A DNA stretch of 63,224 nucleotides, filler included, from Craspedostauros australis (Eukaryota), in assembly GCA_030167865.1 (NCBI GenBank). It is 5 parts of 5 records of this genome, joined end to end, with 100 filler letters (N's around TTAATTAATTAA, not from the genome) between each part and the next. Parts side by side here need not be neighbours in the genome. Positions count along the whole stretch, not along the records: positions 2,572 to 28,121 come from JALAGF010005719.1; positions 28,222 to 42,593 come from JALAGF010005720.1; 3 more parts are not named here. One strand, written 5' to 3'. The notes beneath the pieces are model-generated. The model worked only from the letters and a program-made list of their open reading frames with translations, was not told the origin of the DNA and searched no databases. Below, one piece after another: positions 25,771 to 38,100 of this stretch (position 1 is the first letter of the stretch; every line of letters begins with the position of its first letter). The position numbers were made by a program, and so were the translations under genes.

Positions 25771-28121
25771 ATGAGCGACGACGCGCCGACTGAAGCTGAT
25801 CAGGACATACTTGAAGATCTCAACTCAATCTTCAACAATGTACCTTTCTGGGCCTACGACTCGAGCGAAGAAGCCGAAGAATTGAAGCAACGTCTGAAGG
25901 AAGACGTCCAACGAGGCCTGCAGGAGGCAGGCGAGTCTGACAGTGCTAAGATCGTCAAATACCAACTTGGGCAGAAGACTTTGAAAGAAAAATATTGCAG
26001 AGACGACATTCTTGCGCAGGTCCGTAAAAGTGTCAACATCCCAGCTTTGAAAGGAACCCTCCGCCAATTCACCAAGGATTTGGGTCCAACCTTGACCGAA
26101 CAATGGCTCTCGGCTTGGCTTCGTGTCAAGAATGCAATCCCCAAGTGCATCCTCGACGCTGTGCGGCAATCCAACAACGATCTCAAACTCGCCGATCCTA
26201 CTCACCCACGCCGATCAGTTCTCAACCTGTTGGCGAAGATCCGCGGTAAAAACGCCAATGGCTTTCGTGGTCTGGAGTACGCCTCGAACATCGCCTGCAA
26301 AACAGCTACCGGCCACGCACACTACATCGGCAAGGCCAACTTTCGACATGGAGGAAATATCGGTATGGTCCCCAAACAAGTCCTCATCAACGCGCCGATC
26401 CGACAAGGATACCTCCACGACGACCGGGTTCATGTGTACCACGAAGAGAGTGGTAGCGGCAAGACCGTTGAGCTTGCAGCGAGCGCATTCACCAGAGACG
26501 CTCTGTTCACCATCATGCTCGACACCGACGATGTGGAACTTCTCGATTCATGGAATGATGATGAAGTCAAGGACGACCGAATGAACAAATCCTGGACGAA
26601 GCTCACAAGTGAAGTCAAATCGGTCCTCACGGCAGACGAAACAAGTCTCGACAGGCTTGTCAACTTCCTGAAAGTGTTGGATGGTAAGATGCAAGAGAAG
26701 ACCACACTTTTCATCGTCGTTGGGATTGACGAAGCAAGCAAGTCCCCAAACTTCGTCCGGGCCATCATCCAGAGCCACAGAGACTTTGGAACGGTGCTGG
26801 GGAAGTTCATCCAGTACAGATGCACTAAAGAGTTGATGGAGAAAGACATCCTCCCTCTATCAGGAGCACCACAAGGCTCTTCGAATGCAAGCAAACCGAG
26901 CCTGTCCTTTCAGGAGTCCAACAACAAGCTGACAGACTTGGAACGAAGCGGACACCTCTGTCCTCTCAATCACATTGACATCAAAGTCCTATTCTCTGTG
27001 GCAGGCACTGGTGCCGCCCAACCACCGACGGGATCAATCCCCAAGAGCTTCACTCACCTCAATACTTCTGCAAAGGTGAACCCCGCAGACGCCTACTACA
27101 TTCTTCGCAGCGAATACACGCAAGGCGGCAAGCCTACCATCATACCAGAGTACAAAGAGGTTAAGAAGTTCCCTCTTCTCAAGGCCATCGTTGATTCCAA
27201 CGCCCGGATGAGCTCGATCTACATGCGAGTGTCAAACGAGCGACAAGCGTCCAACCAAGGAACCGGAAAGAAGTCAAGTGAGAATGAATACGAGCAGAAT
27301 GCCATCCTTTCCGAAACCTTCAAAGTCTTCCTGAAAAGCAATGGCATGAAAACTCTGGTGCACAATCCGTACCTTGCGCGGCTCACAGCATCCCAGGCTT
27401 TGGCAGTTCTTCTTTNNNNNNNNNNNNNNNNNNNNNNNNNNNNNNNNNNNNNNNNNNNNNNNNNNAATGGCATGAAAACTCTGGTGCACAATCCGTACCT
27501 TGCGCGGCTCACAGCATCCCAGGCTTTGGCAGTTCTTCTTTTCCAACAGGATCAAGATTTCAGCAAATCGCTCACCAATGATCAACTGAACAACATGGAT
27601 TACGGGATCACCTTCAAACGCTTCAAGGGTGACGCGGGCGATGCCATCATGCATCGGTTGGTCGTCACGTATGGCTTAGTCACTGCAAGGCCACTCAGAG
27701 NTNATGGTNGCTTCANNCCGCAGGCAAGTCCATTCGCGCTCAGCGATGCCATGCAGCTCCTTTGCCTTTGGCTCATTCAAGGCGGTGAAGCANTTGCGGC
27801 TGAGAAATCGTTTCTNGGAACAACCTCAGCNAGCTTTGAGNCTCTCACTGCGTTGCTGGCCGGGGCCGCCATCGCTGCGTCCTCCGTCGTGAAGAAGGAT
27901 AAGCACGGGCGCGTCGTTGCTGCTCCCGCCAATGGTCCCAATCCAAACACGGTTGGGCAGCAGGAAGCAGACATCTTTGCTGCTCTGCGCAAGGTCGGCA
28001 TGAGAATCGAAAAATGGGTGACGACCAACAACAACATGTTTTCCCACTACGCATGCGGAACGACCAGCAAAGACTCAGTTGTGGAAAACGGCCCCGGCCA
28101 TCTCTTTTGGTCTCTCAAGGG
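25771..28121 (+). CDS. Uncharacterised large P-loop NTPase protein (possibly Crinkler/RHS-type NTPase), 3'-partial
   Basis: Open frame of more than 750 codons; Walker A-like HEESGSGKT; Walker B-like IVVGIDEAS; later FSVAGTG. A possible upstream intron lies at 25639-25766. About 75 nt are duplicated across the N gap at 27415-27465. Confidence 0.65.
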
Positions 28122-28221
28122 NNNNNNNNNNNNNNNNNNNNNNNNNNNNNNNNNNNNNNNNNNNNTTAATTAATTAANNNNNNNNNNNNNNNNNNNNNNN
28201 NNNNNNNNNNNNNNNNNNNNN
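28122..28221. other. Artificial contig-joining linker
   Basis: N run + TTAATTAATTAA + N run. Confidence 0.95.
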
Positions 28222-28952
28222 TAGTACTGTTTCTACAGGTTCTACGTGAGAAATTTTGTACTGGTCCTACGTACGTCTTCAACGGTGGAAGGGTCACGGG
28301 ACTGTACCACCACCAGCACCAAGCCAGCAAACCACAACAAGACAGCAAACCACACCAAGACAGCAAACCAGACCAAAACAGCCGAACACAACACCCGGTC
28401 ATAATTCCTGTTTAATTTATCTGGTTACAACCCCATCAACAACTGTACTGCTGTTCATCTGGATCGACCTTCGGCTCATCGCCGAGTAGCGACCGGTGAC
28501 ACAGCTCTTGCTTCAACAGCGAGGGCGCAAGCGTTGATTCTTGGCTTTGGTGTGAGTGTACGTGCGGGCTTGATGTACGGCTCCAATCTGGTTACTTGAG
28601 AGGTACTCCTGTGGTCTGAAGCTTGGGTCGGGCAGAGATGGTGTGGATTCTCAGGTTACTGAGTGGGGTGGAGTTGATGACGATGGTGTCGTTGTAAGCG
28701 CTTTGTACGTTCGTATGGTTTGGCAAAGCAGATCGATGATTGGGTTGTGTGCCTGTGATGGTGTCGCAAGCCATTCAAATGGGGGTCCGCTGCTGTTGTG
28801 TGTGGGATGTTTGTGGCGTCCAAGATCACAGCAACATGGCGGCCTTCGTTCTGACGCTTTCGTCGTGATTCGGAAACGTTGGCGACCGAATTCCCCACAA
28901 CAAGACTATATCTGGGATTAAGATGATTACAATTTTTATGAACAGGCAACAT

Positions 28953-29025
28953 GCCTAATTAGCTCAGTCGGCAGAGCGCACGACTCTTAATCGTGTGGTC
29001 GAGGGTTCGATCCCCTCATTGGGTG
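28953..29025 (+). tRNA. tRNA-Lys (anticodon CTT)
   Basis: 73-nt cloverleaf: acceptor GCCTAAT/ATTGGGT, D arm GCTC/GAGC, anticodon stem CACGA/TCGTG with loop CT-CTT-AA, T arm GAGGG-TTCGATC-CCCTC, followed by a TTTTT Pol III terminator. Confidence 0.96.
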
Positions 29026-29678
29026 CTTTTTGTTCACATTCGGTGTGTGGGAGTGCGACGCTGCTGTCCGTCGTCTTGGGGCGAGGGATATTCTTTTGCA
29101 CCAGCATCCCTTGCGACTCCCGCCAACAAACAAGAGGAGACGCTCCATCGCTTCACTTAATAGTAGAATACCATACATTGAACACGGCAAGCAGTGCATG
29201 TGCAGCATTTCAGGCGAACTTTCAACAGTTGGCTAAGCATGCTCCACCTGAGCGTCATACCTCTGTTCTGCATTTCATTCTGTTACGACTATGTGTAATC
29301 CAATCGAGTGCTTTGTCGTAGCCATTTGGGTCCGTCTCCGGACTGTCCTGCTGCGCTCTCATTCCGCAAGTGGCCGTCTTGCGCAAGATCACGGTACCGA
29401 GATATCATTCTGCGTTTTGCGAAGGATCGGTATTCAATGCATGTTGCTGCGTGTACGCCAACATGCAGCAAACGCAGCCACGAGTGCAACCAGTTTGCGC
29501 TGTCAGTATTCCTTTGCTTTCCGCAGCTGCTTCTTCGATCGTCTCGCTTGCATTTTGAAAGGACATCAGCTGTGGGCACGGTAGCGTCGGTACTACTCGA
29601 TCTCGTGCTGCATACGAATGGAGTCTTGGCCTTGTTGTTCCGATCAAAGATTCGGACCACCCTGCTGGACTCACTCAC

Positions 29679-31302
29679 CTACTGTACCACGGTGAATTCT
29701 CTGCCATTGCAACCGATCTCCAGTTGTTGGTGCTCATCGAATCTGGCGTAACAGCCATGGACTTTTTTGCACTTTTCCACTTCAATTTTGAAATCATAAT
29801 CGATGATGAACTTCTCGTGGTAGGCGAAGGCGTGCTTTCGATTCCCTAGATTGGCACGCCTCCTGGTGACCATCTGCATCCCGAGGCCTCCCCATACGTG
29901 CATTGCTTCTACAGTCGTGTTCGTTGATCTAATCATTGGCTGGCCGTTCATTCTCGTGAGTTGGTCTCCGTGGTGGCCGCTGATAAAGTTGATATCTCTG
30001 AAGTACTGTATGGCCTCGGGACCGTAGCCGCCTGTGCTGTCAATGTATCCAGTTCGAGGGCTGCAAATGGGCTTCATGTTGGTTGTGTTGTATGTCTCTT
30101 CGTACGTCTTCATGAGACCGTACCAAAGCCCAGGTTGGTCTATCATGCACGCATGAATTGAGTTTGTATAGAATGGAATATTTGGGCGGATTGCAGCGAG
30201 AGACGGTCATGGTGAGATCGACGCGAGCTGTGACGAGACGAAGTGTGTATTTGGCAAGCGCGATAGAGGCGGAATAGTGGCGCTGTCCTTACGGCAAATA
30301 TCGCAAACACAGGGTCATAAATACCAGTGCAGGTGAAGATACGGGCAAGTGCATGCTCTCAGAACATGCTGAAACACTGGCAACGGCAACAGCAACAGCA
30401 ACAGAGACAGGCCCAACAAGACAACTCACCACTGTGTTCCCATATGTACTTCGGCAAGCCATTCACTCGCATCTTCTTGATCGGGAAATTTCCATTGATG
30501 CAGAGACCTCGACCGAACTCCATCCAGTTCTCCAGAACGCGATGGCTGAAGGTCGAGTTCTTGATGAGGACGGCGTAGCTGGCGAAAAAGGTACCCGCCG
30601 TCAAGTCCGTCGGCACGAAGATGCTGGGCGTCTGGTTGTAAACCCTGAATTCGTTGAGGAAGGACTCCAGCGGACGCGATAGATCCCGGATCACATGATC
30701 AAGATCTGCGTACATCATCCAATCGTAGTTCGTGAGTTGAGATTGCAGGTGCGGGACCCTGTTCCACGATCCGAAGTACAGCCATGGCGCTTTTCGTCGA
30801 TCTTTGGCCGTGAATACGTTGGTCGTGTTGAAAATGAAATCGTACCCCCATGTGTAGGCGTAGCATGCCTTGTTGATGACGTTGTCTAAGTCTTTGAATT
30901 CCGTGTAGTTGACTTTGGTCGGCTGCGGCACGAAGGACGCAATCAATGCTATTTTCAGGCGCTTGCGGCGACCTTTCAGGTTCTGAACGTCATCATCAAC
31001 ATCGCCCACAACGACGTGTGGGGTAGGCTCCGTTGTGATCATTTTCAGCCTCTCATCATGCACTGGTTGNNNNNNNNNNNNNNNNNNNNNNNNNNNNNNN
31101 NNNNNNNNNNNNNNNNNNNCACTGGTTGGTTCCCAACACTCAAGAATCCTTGCTGGTTGACGTCCCCCACGCTGATCGACCTGAGGTTGGCGAAGAAGCA
31201 CAGCAATCCAAGGACAGACATCACCGCGGTGCTGGATCCCATCCTCAACGGACGCTCTGCACCTCTTCTTCCACCATCGTTCTTGGGGTTCGTCTGACCC
31301 AT
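29679..31302 (-). CDS. Type II membrane glycosyltransferase, GT34 (GMA12/MNN10)-like; exons 31302-30430 (across an N gap) and 30139-29679
   Basis: N-terminal hydrophobic anchor (VMSVLGLLCFFA); NKACYAYTWGYDF; WNRVPHL; YDWMMYADLD (DxD). Splicing of intron 30429-30140 restores WEHS-DQPGLW. CAACCAGTG is repeated on both sides of the gap, which explains the frame offset. Confidence 0.8.
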
Positions 31303-32504
31303 TGGTGCAGCTGTTAGCATGCGCGTGACGGAACTCGTCTCAGGCGCCTGCAGAGAAATCGCATTGCGCTGCATGGCACAGTGCTCTATCCTGCCCTCTT
31401 TGGCAAGTCGTACCACGCTCTACTTGTTCTCGTACCCCTGTTGAATATAGTAGATTGGCGAGCGTGCTCTGCTCTCCTCGATTTGATTTAAATGCAGAGC
31501 CCAGCGTGGGAGAGTAGCAGTAGAGTCTTCCATCCACACGGGAGATGAACACGATGTTGCGACCAAATGCAAGGGCGCTTGTTGTTGCTTCTCGTCATTT
31601 TTTCTTGCGCAGTGTGATGTGTTGTCGTTTTTGGTTGTTCGGATTGTATGGGCGATCGAGTCAGCTCACGAGTACGGAACAGAAAGTGTTGCTTTCGTCT
31701 ATCCTCGACCGCGTTAGACTGATCGCAGGTGGTACGTAGAGATCGTATGATCGCTGTTTGCCGCACGACATGCTCACGCTCAATGCTTGCCAATCATCCA
31801 CCAATCTACACGTACGTCTACAATTCAATCCAAGCCAATAATCATAAAAATATGCAATGCAATGCGATGCAATGCAATGAAATGGGATGGAACGGGATGT
31901 GATATTATACAATGGACTAAGCTTCAGTCAAATAGTGTGTGGATGGTCGTATCCCTGCTTGCACTTCTGCAAAGAGCACGAGCACATGCGTCGGCATGCA
32001 GTACCACGCTCACGAGTACGGCTGCTTGCAAGTATAATGGAGTATGTTGTTTGAACTAAAGTGTGCAGATGATGAATGATCCCAACTGAGGCACCAAGAT
32101 AGGCCAAGGTGGGCGAGGATGAAAAGGAGGAATATCATCTATTACACCAATTGAGACCCCAGGCGCGCCATCGGCAAGACACGTGCCAACAAAAGGAAGC
32201 GAAGCAGGCCAGCGGTGAATGTGGACATCGAATCCAGCGAAGGTATCCCGCAACCAAGTACCCTATTCCATTCTGATAGAAGTACACGAGCATGTTACTC
32301 GGACGAGTACTCTGCTCATTTCAACTCCTATCTCGCGTACAATCCAATCCAATGCAATCCAATGCAATGCAATCCTGCAAAGTCCATCTCAAAAAATCAT
32401 CTCCGATCCCAACTTCACATCCGCTTGCTGACTCCATTTGTTGAGCCAGATGCAGCTGCAGGCGCGACTGCAAATCCAAGGCTCCAGCGTTGCCCACCAT
32501 ACGA

Positions 32505-33641
32505 TTACTCTGCCTTGAGGTTGGCGGCCTCATCCCAGAGGTTCTGGAAGAGGGCGGTGGAGAGGTATCGCTCTCCGAAGGATGGAATGATGGTGACGAC
32601 TCGCTTGCCTGCCATTTCTGGTCTTTTGGCGACCTCCACGGCCGCGAGGACGGCTGCGCCGGATGAGATTCCACAGAAGATGCCCTCCGACGTGGCCAGC
32701 CGACGGGCCATGGCCATGGCGTCATCGCCTGGAATCTGGATGACCTCGTCGAGCAGGGAGGTGTCGGCGTTGCCCGGGATGAATCCCGCTCCGATGCCCT
32801 GGATTTTGTGCGGGCCCGGTGATCCCCCCGAGATGACGGCGGACTCGGCCGGTTCGACCGCGATGAGCTGCATGGAGGGGTTCATGGGCTTGAGGAACTG
32901 TCCCGTTCCCGTGAGCGTGCCGCCGGTTCCGACGCCGCCGACGAGGGCGTCGATGTTGCCGCCGGTGTCGCGCCAGATCTCAGGTCCGGTGGTCTCACGG
33001 TGGATCTTTGGGTTGTCCGGGTTGTTGAACTGCTGGAGGAGGAAGCCGCCCTGCGAGGAGGCGATCTCCTCGGCCTTGGAGATGGCGCCGCCCATCCCCT
33101 TGGCCGCGGGCGTGAGGACGACTTCGGCACCGAAGGCCTTGAGGAGGACGCGCCTTTCCATGCTCATGCTCTCGGGCATGGTGAGGATGAGCTTGTAGCC
33201 CTTGCTGGCGGCCACCATGGCCAATCCGATGCCAGTGTTGCCGCTGGTGGGTTCCACGAGGATGGTCTTGCCGGGGGAGATGTCCCCGCGCTTCTCCGCC
33301 TGGGTGATCATGCTGAGGGCGATGCGGTCCTTGACGGAGTTGGCAGGGTTGGAGGACTCCAGCTTGCAGACGATCTCCGCCACGCAGCCTTCCTCCGCGG
33401 GGATGGCGTTCAGCCTGACCATCGGGGTGTTGCCGATCAGCTCCAGCACGTTGTTGGCGATGGCGGAGGTCCCGGTGGAGGCAGAGGCTCCATCGGTGGC
33501 CACCATGAGCTGCGTCGTAGACTCAGTGGTCATTGGTGCAGTCATCGGTGCAGTCATTGACCTTGGGGCCGCCGGGCTGAAGCCTTCGGCGATGCCGCAA
33601 AGGGCGATGGCGCTCATCATGCTGCTGGCGGAGAACTTCAT
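32505..33641 (-). CDS. cysK: Cysteine synthase (O-acetylserine(thiol)lyase) with plastid presequence
   Basis: [19 protein letters not shown] (PLP lysine), [37 protein letters not shown]; presequence ...AEG-FSP. Confidence 0.97.
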   Translation of the reverse strand: MKFSASSMMSAIALCGIAEGFSPAAPRSMTAPMTAPMTTESTTQLMVATDGASASTGTSAIANNVLELIGNTPMVRLNAIPAEEGCVAEIVCKLESSNPANSVKDRIALSMITQAEKRGDISPGKTILVEPTSGNTGIGLAMVAASKGYKLILTMPESMSMERRVLLKAFGAEVVLTPAAKGMGGAISKAEEIASSQGGFLLQQFNNPDNPKIHRETTGPEIWRDTGGNIDALVGGVGTGGTLTGTGQFLKPMNPSMQLIAVEPAESAVISGGSPGPHKIQGIGAGFIPGNADTSLLDEVIQIPGDDAMAMARRLATSEGIFCGISSGAAVLAAVEVAKRPEMAGKRVVTIIPSFGERYLSTALFQNLWDEAANLKAE

Positions 33642-33696
33642 CTTCCTGTCTACTACTCGTGTGATATTATATTATACTATTGTATATGTAAGGCTA

Positions 33697-33835
33697 GAGT
33701 TGAGTTGAGTTGAGTTGAGTTGATCAACAGGGTTGGTCTGTGGAGTGCTGATATGATAAGAATTGATTTCAGTTGATTTCAGTTGATTTCAATTGGTTGC
33801 AATTGGTTGCAATTGGTTGCAATTGGTTGCAATTG
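33697..33835. repeat. Short tandem repeats upstream of cysteine synthase: (GAGTT)n, (TTGATTTCAG)n, (AATTGGTTGC)n
   Basis: Directly visible arrays of 5-nt and 10-nt units. Confidence 0.85.
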
Positions 33836-35106
33836 ATTTGGCTTCGACAAGCTGAGGATGCTGTCTTTGGAAGATCAGTTGCATTCGATTTGGGAGGTTG
33901 TTGTCGTAGTCGTACAACTGCTCACTCTCCCCTCTTGATGTGACTTTGCGCTGATTGGAGGGCAATCCATCAGCGACTTTTGTGGCTGTCGATGTTCGTT
34001 GTTCTGCGAAGACGGAGGTTGTCACCGCCAGAGGCAGAATTGGCACAACGGAACCAACCGCTGCGCGTCAAGATTTTTGCTTGTTCGCTTGACACCTACG
34101 CACGTCTGGCCGTCAACCGGATGTATCCACGTTTCGCCTGCGTCTCTCGCCACGGGCAACGAGAACGGGCGAACAAAGCGACAGTCGCCGTTCCTCCCTC
34201 TTGTTGCCTCGAATACGACTCCTATTCCGCTCTGCTCTGTTGTGCTCTATCATAGTGGTACTCTACCATGCTCATAAGTCAATGCTCTAATCAGATCGCA
34301 TGTCACCCCGCTTCCCTCCAACAAGAAATGTTTCGCTCTTCAGAGTCATCCATGCTCGCACTGCTTGTGCTCTACGACAAGTTGGAACATTGGTGCTTCA
34401 TAAAATGCAATATTCTAGAATATTATAGAATATAATATTACTTGCCGCAAAGACTAAATTACATAGACCAGGAGCTGCGCGGAAACACACGGAATGACAA
34501 TTGCGCACCTGTCTCTCTCTCTCTAGCTCCCTTCTGCGTAGACAAGTGAATCAGCGGAGTGAATGAATCTTGATCCGTGTTGTGACTGGATGACTTCCAA
34601 AGATACGATTGCGTTGTTGACGTCCTGTTGATGTGTGCCGAAAATGTCACAAAGAACAAACAGATCTCATGAACAAGAGGGGCACAAGAGAACACACAAG
34701 ACACCAAGTGTCCCGTTTTCATCCTCCCAATCGCTTCCGCGTGCTTCTCTCTCTCTCTCTTGTGTGCGTGTGCGCGTAGCAAAGCAGCATCATCATCACC
34801 ATGTTGCCTTCCTTGGATTGCTGTGGCCTCGCCTCCGAAGATGCTGCTTTGCCTCATCCCTCCTTTGTGGGAGCTGAGACGGAGTCAAAACCAAACGTTG
34901 AGCGGCCGTGATTGGTCGTACCTCCCCACTGCTTGTCGTGGAAGAGCTGTGTTGCAGAGACGAACTGCCAGAGAGCCTTGCACTCGAGGCCAGCATATAA
35001 TAGAATACTATAATAACATCCAAGACAATAACATTCAACGGCAAAGCCCATCCGAGCAACCAACAGCAGGGTACGACTACAGCAAGCAGATACTATAGAA
35101 TAGAGC

Positions 35107-38100
35107 ATGCCCGTCACTGATCATCTGAAGCTGTCCAAGTCGGGACCATCGTCGTCAGGAACGCGAAATGCTTCACCAAGGAGGTCTGAACGTGGAAGGG
35201 GCGTTGGCAGCAGGGCTGGAACGGCACCACCAGCGTCATCAGGAGCTTCCTCCTCCATGGTCAACTCGGCAGGATCGCGACCGTCATGGGAATCGCTGCC
35301 ACCAGCCTTGCGCATGTCCGCGATGAAGCAAGAAGCCAAGCGCCTCAGCTCGGCCAAGGAGAATGCGAGAGAGGAGGCGGCCGTGGTCCATTCCGCCATC
35401 CAGGAACACCGTCAGCACAGGGTGGTCATCCGCAAGGTCAAGAAGAAAGTCAAGAAGAAGGTCAGAGTCAAGAAATCCCCTGCTTCCGAGAACCCTGCTG
35501 GCAACAATTCCGACCCGAATGCTGGGGATCAGCCTGAATCCAAAGAGATCAAGCAGAACGACGCAGCGACGAGGCAGAGACCAGCCCATGCCAAGAATAA
35601 GAACAAGGACAAGGACCTGGGCTGGCAGAGACAATCCTCTGTCACCTCCAAATCAGACGGCAACAGCGGCGGCGGCGAGGCTGCTAATGCCACGCGCAAT
35701 CAGACCATGGATGTGCTCCCTCAGGACTTCGAGACAGAAAATGAGAGGTACGTCCGGTTGCAAAAGGAGCGGGAAGAGAGAGCCAAACGACAGCAGGAAG
35801 AAGCGCGGCAGCAAAAGCTGGCGCAAAAGTCGCCCGGCACCATGCAAGCAGAAGCCGATGCCATGAGGAAGCGCCTGGCCGCGATGGGCATCGCAATCAA
35901 ATCGCCCAAAACCCCAAAGACTCCAAGGAATCCAGTGGTATCAACGAAGAGTCGACAGGCTGCTCCTGCTGCGAAATCGACATCGCAGCGACTTCCATCC
36001 ACAACGCCATTCCATGATGACGCGAAGCCAACCAAATCAAATGCTGATGATAGCAACAGCAACAGCAACAACAGCAACAGTAGCAGTAGCAGGCCAAAAC
36101 CAGCCTCACTGCAATTGCCACCAATATTGCCGTCGTCGCAATCCAATCACAAGACGGATGCCACGAACCAACATTCCTACAAGCTCATCCAGAAGAAGCT
36201 CAAGAAGGTCGAGCAGCTGCTGGAGGATACCAAGCTGGGCTCAAAGCAGCACAAGAAGTACCAAGCCAAGAAGTTGGAGTACGAAGGCATGTTGCGCGAC
36301 ATGAAGAAGGAGGCCAAGGGAGCAAAGGCATCGAAGATTGACAGCCATGCTCTTACCCTCCCCATCAACGTGACTGGCATTGATGGCACGAACAGCATGG
36401 CCAAGGATGATACGGATGGCACTGCAACAGCAGCAGCCACCGCCACGAGCACGACCACGACCACGAGCACCAGCAGCGCAGATAACACTGACTGGATTGC
36501 TAAAGCACGCGAAGCAGCCATCGAGAAGGAACGACGCATCCAGCAGGAGAAGGACAAGCTGGCGCAGCGACAGCGACAACAGCACGCGAAGGAGGAAGAG
36601 GAACGTCGAATTCATGAGCAGCAGGAACAGCAGCAAGCGGAGGAACACAGGCGACAGGCTGAGAAGGAAGAAGAGGAGGAAGAGGAACGAAGGGAGCAGA
36701 AGCTACTCGCTGAAGCGGAGGACGCTCGCAGAGAAATGATAGAGATGCAAGAGAAATTGGAGGAAGAAAAGCGGCAGAAGGAATTGCAAGAAAAAGAAGC
36801 GAGGCGCCAGGAACTCTTGCAGAGGCAGAAAGAGGAGACTGATAGCGATGACGATGATAGCGAAGATGCCGACAACCAATTCCATGTAGAGAATGGCATG
36901 GGTGAGGACGCACGTGGAGATGGAAATGCAGATGCAACAGATCAGAGCGATGAACAGCAAGCCGGTGAAGAATCAGAAGAATCGCAGGAGGAGCAGGCGA
37001 AGGAATCGGGAAAATCTGTCCGTGGATCGCTCACAGCCGACGAGATGGCGATGGACTCGACGCAGCGACTCCTGAATGCAATCGAGAAGGCTGAGAAGCA
37101 GCAACGGAAGCTGGAGAAGCAACTGAGTCAGAATGGCATCCCCATCTCCGAGGACATCCCGTACGATCTGGCGAAGGCCAAGATCGGGCAGATTCAGAAG
37201 TCGATGCAGACGCTCATGGCCGAGAATGACGGATCGCACGCCTTCCAAAACAAGTACTACAAGATGGAGGAGGAGCTGGCAAAGTACTCGACTGCGCTCA
37301 TGCTCACGGACGAGTACCAGGCAGAGCAAGAGCGATTGGAGCAGGAATGGGAGAGCAAACATTCTCCCAACAACCTCCTCGCCTTGCAAAAGATCCGACG
37401 CCACATGCCTGTCTCCATTCGCAATCAATCAGAGACGTCCTTGACAACGACGCTGACACCCAACGGAAAGACCCTGCCGAAGCAAATCGTGCGCAAGTTC
37501 AAGCGCACCAACGTCCTGCAACTGGTCAGGATGGATCCCGAAAATGGAATCGAAAAGATGCACCCGTCGTTGCTGGAAGGGATGAGAACCACGGGTCTCA
37601 CGCTAACCGAACGACGCGCCCTGCACGAGCATCTCAAGGGCGTCGGTGCTCTGTGGCAAAGTCTCAGCACGGACCCATCCATGGACAAGAAGTGGATGTG
37701 GTTCTCCGCGCTCAAGTCCAAGTTCAAAGAGGAGCTCCGGAAGTACGAGCAGGACGTCGAGAAGCACGGTCCACCTGGAAGTCACGTGTACGCGAGCCGA
37801 AAAGCTCCATCTGCGGGAGGATGCACCTTGATTGGCAACCAATGCCCTGTCAAGGCAGATGCTGCTCTTTCGTACGATGAAGACTACGGTTTCACGCCCG
37901 ATGCCGTTTACGAGACGACGGAGGCGGCCAAGTCCAGCCTTCCGGGCGATGACGCAGGCGGGGGTGGCGGCAAGACACCGTTGCAGAGACAGCATTCGTT
38001 GGGAACTCTGCGCAAGAATGTTGCGAAGAGAGGCAACTATGGCCGAACGTCGATTCAGACGACGAGTATCGCCGAGCTGACGAAGCTCCTGCGTACCAGG

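Noticed and set aside
28953..29025. tRNA-Lys as primer for the copia element
   Set aside because: No complementarity between its 3' end and the sequence following the 5' LTR.
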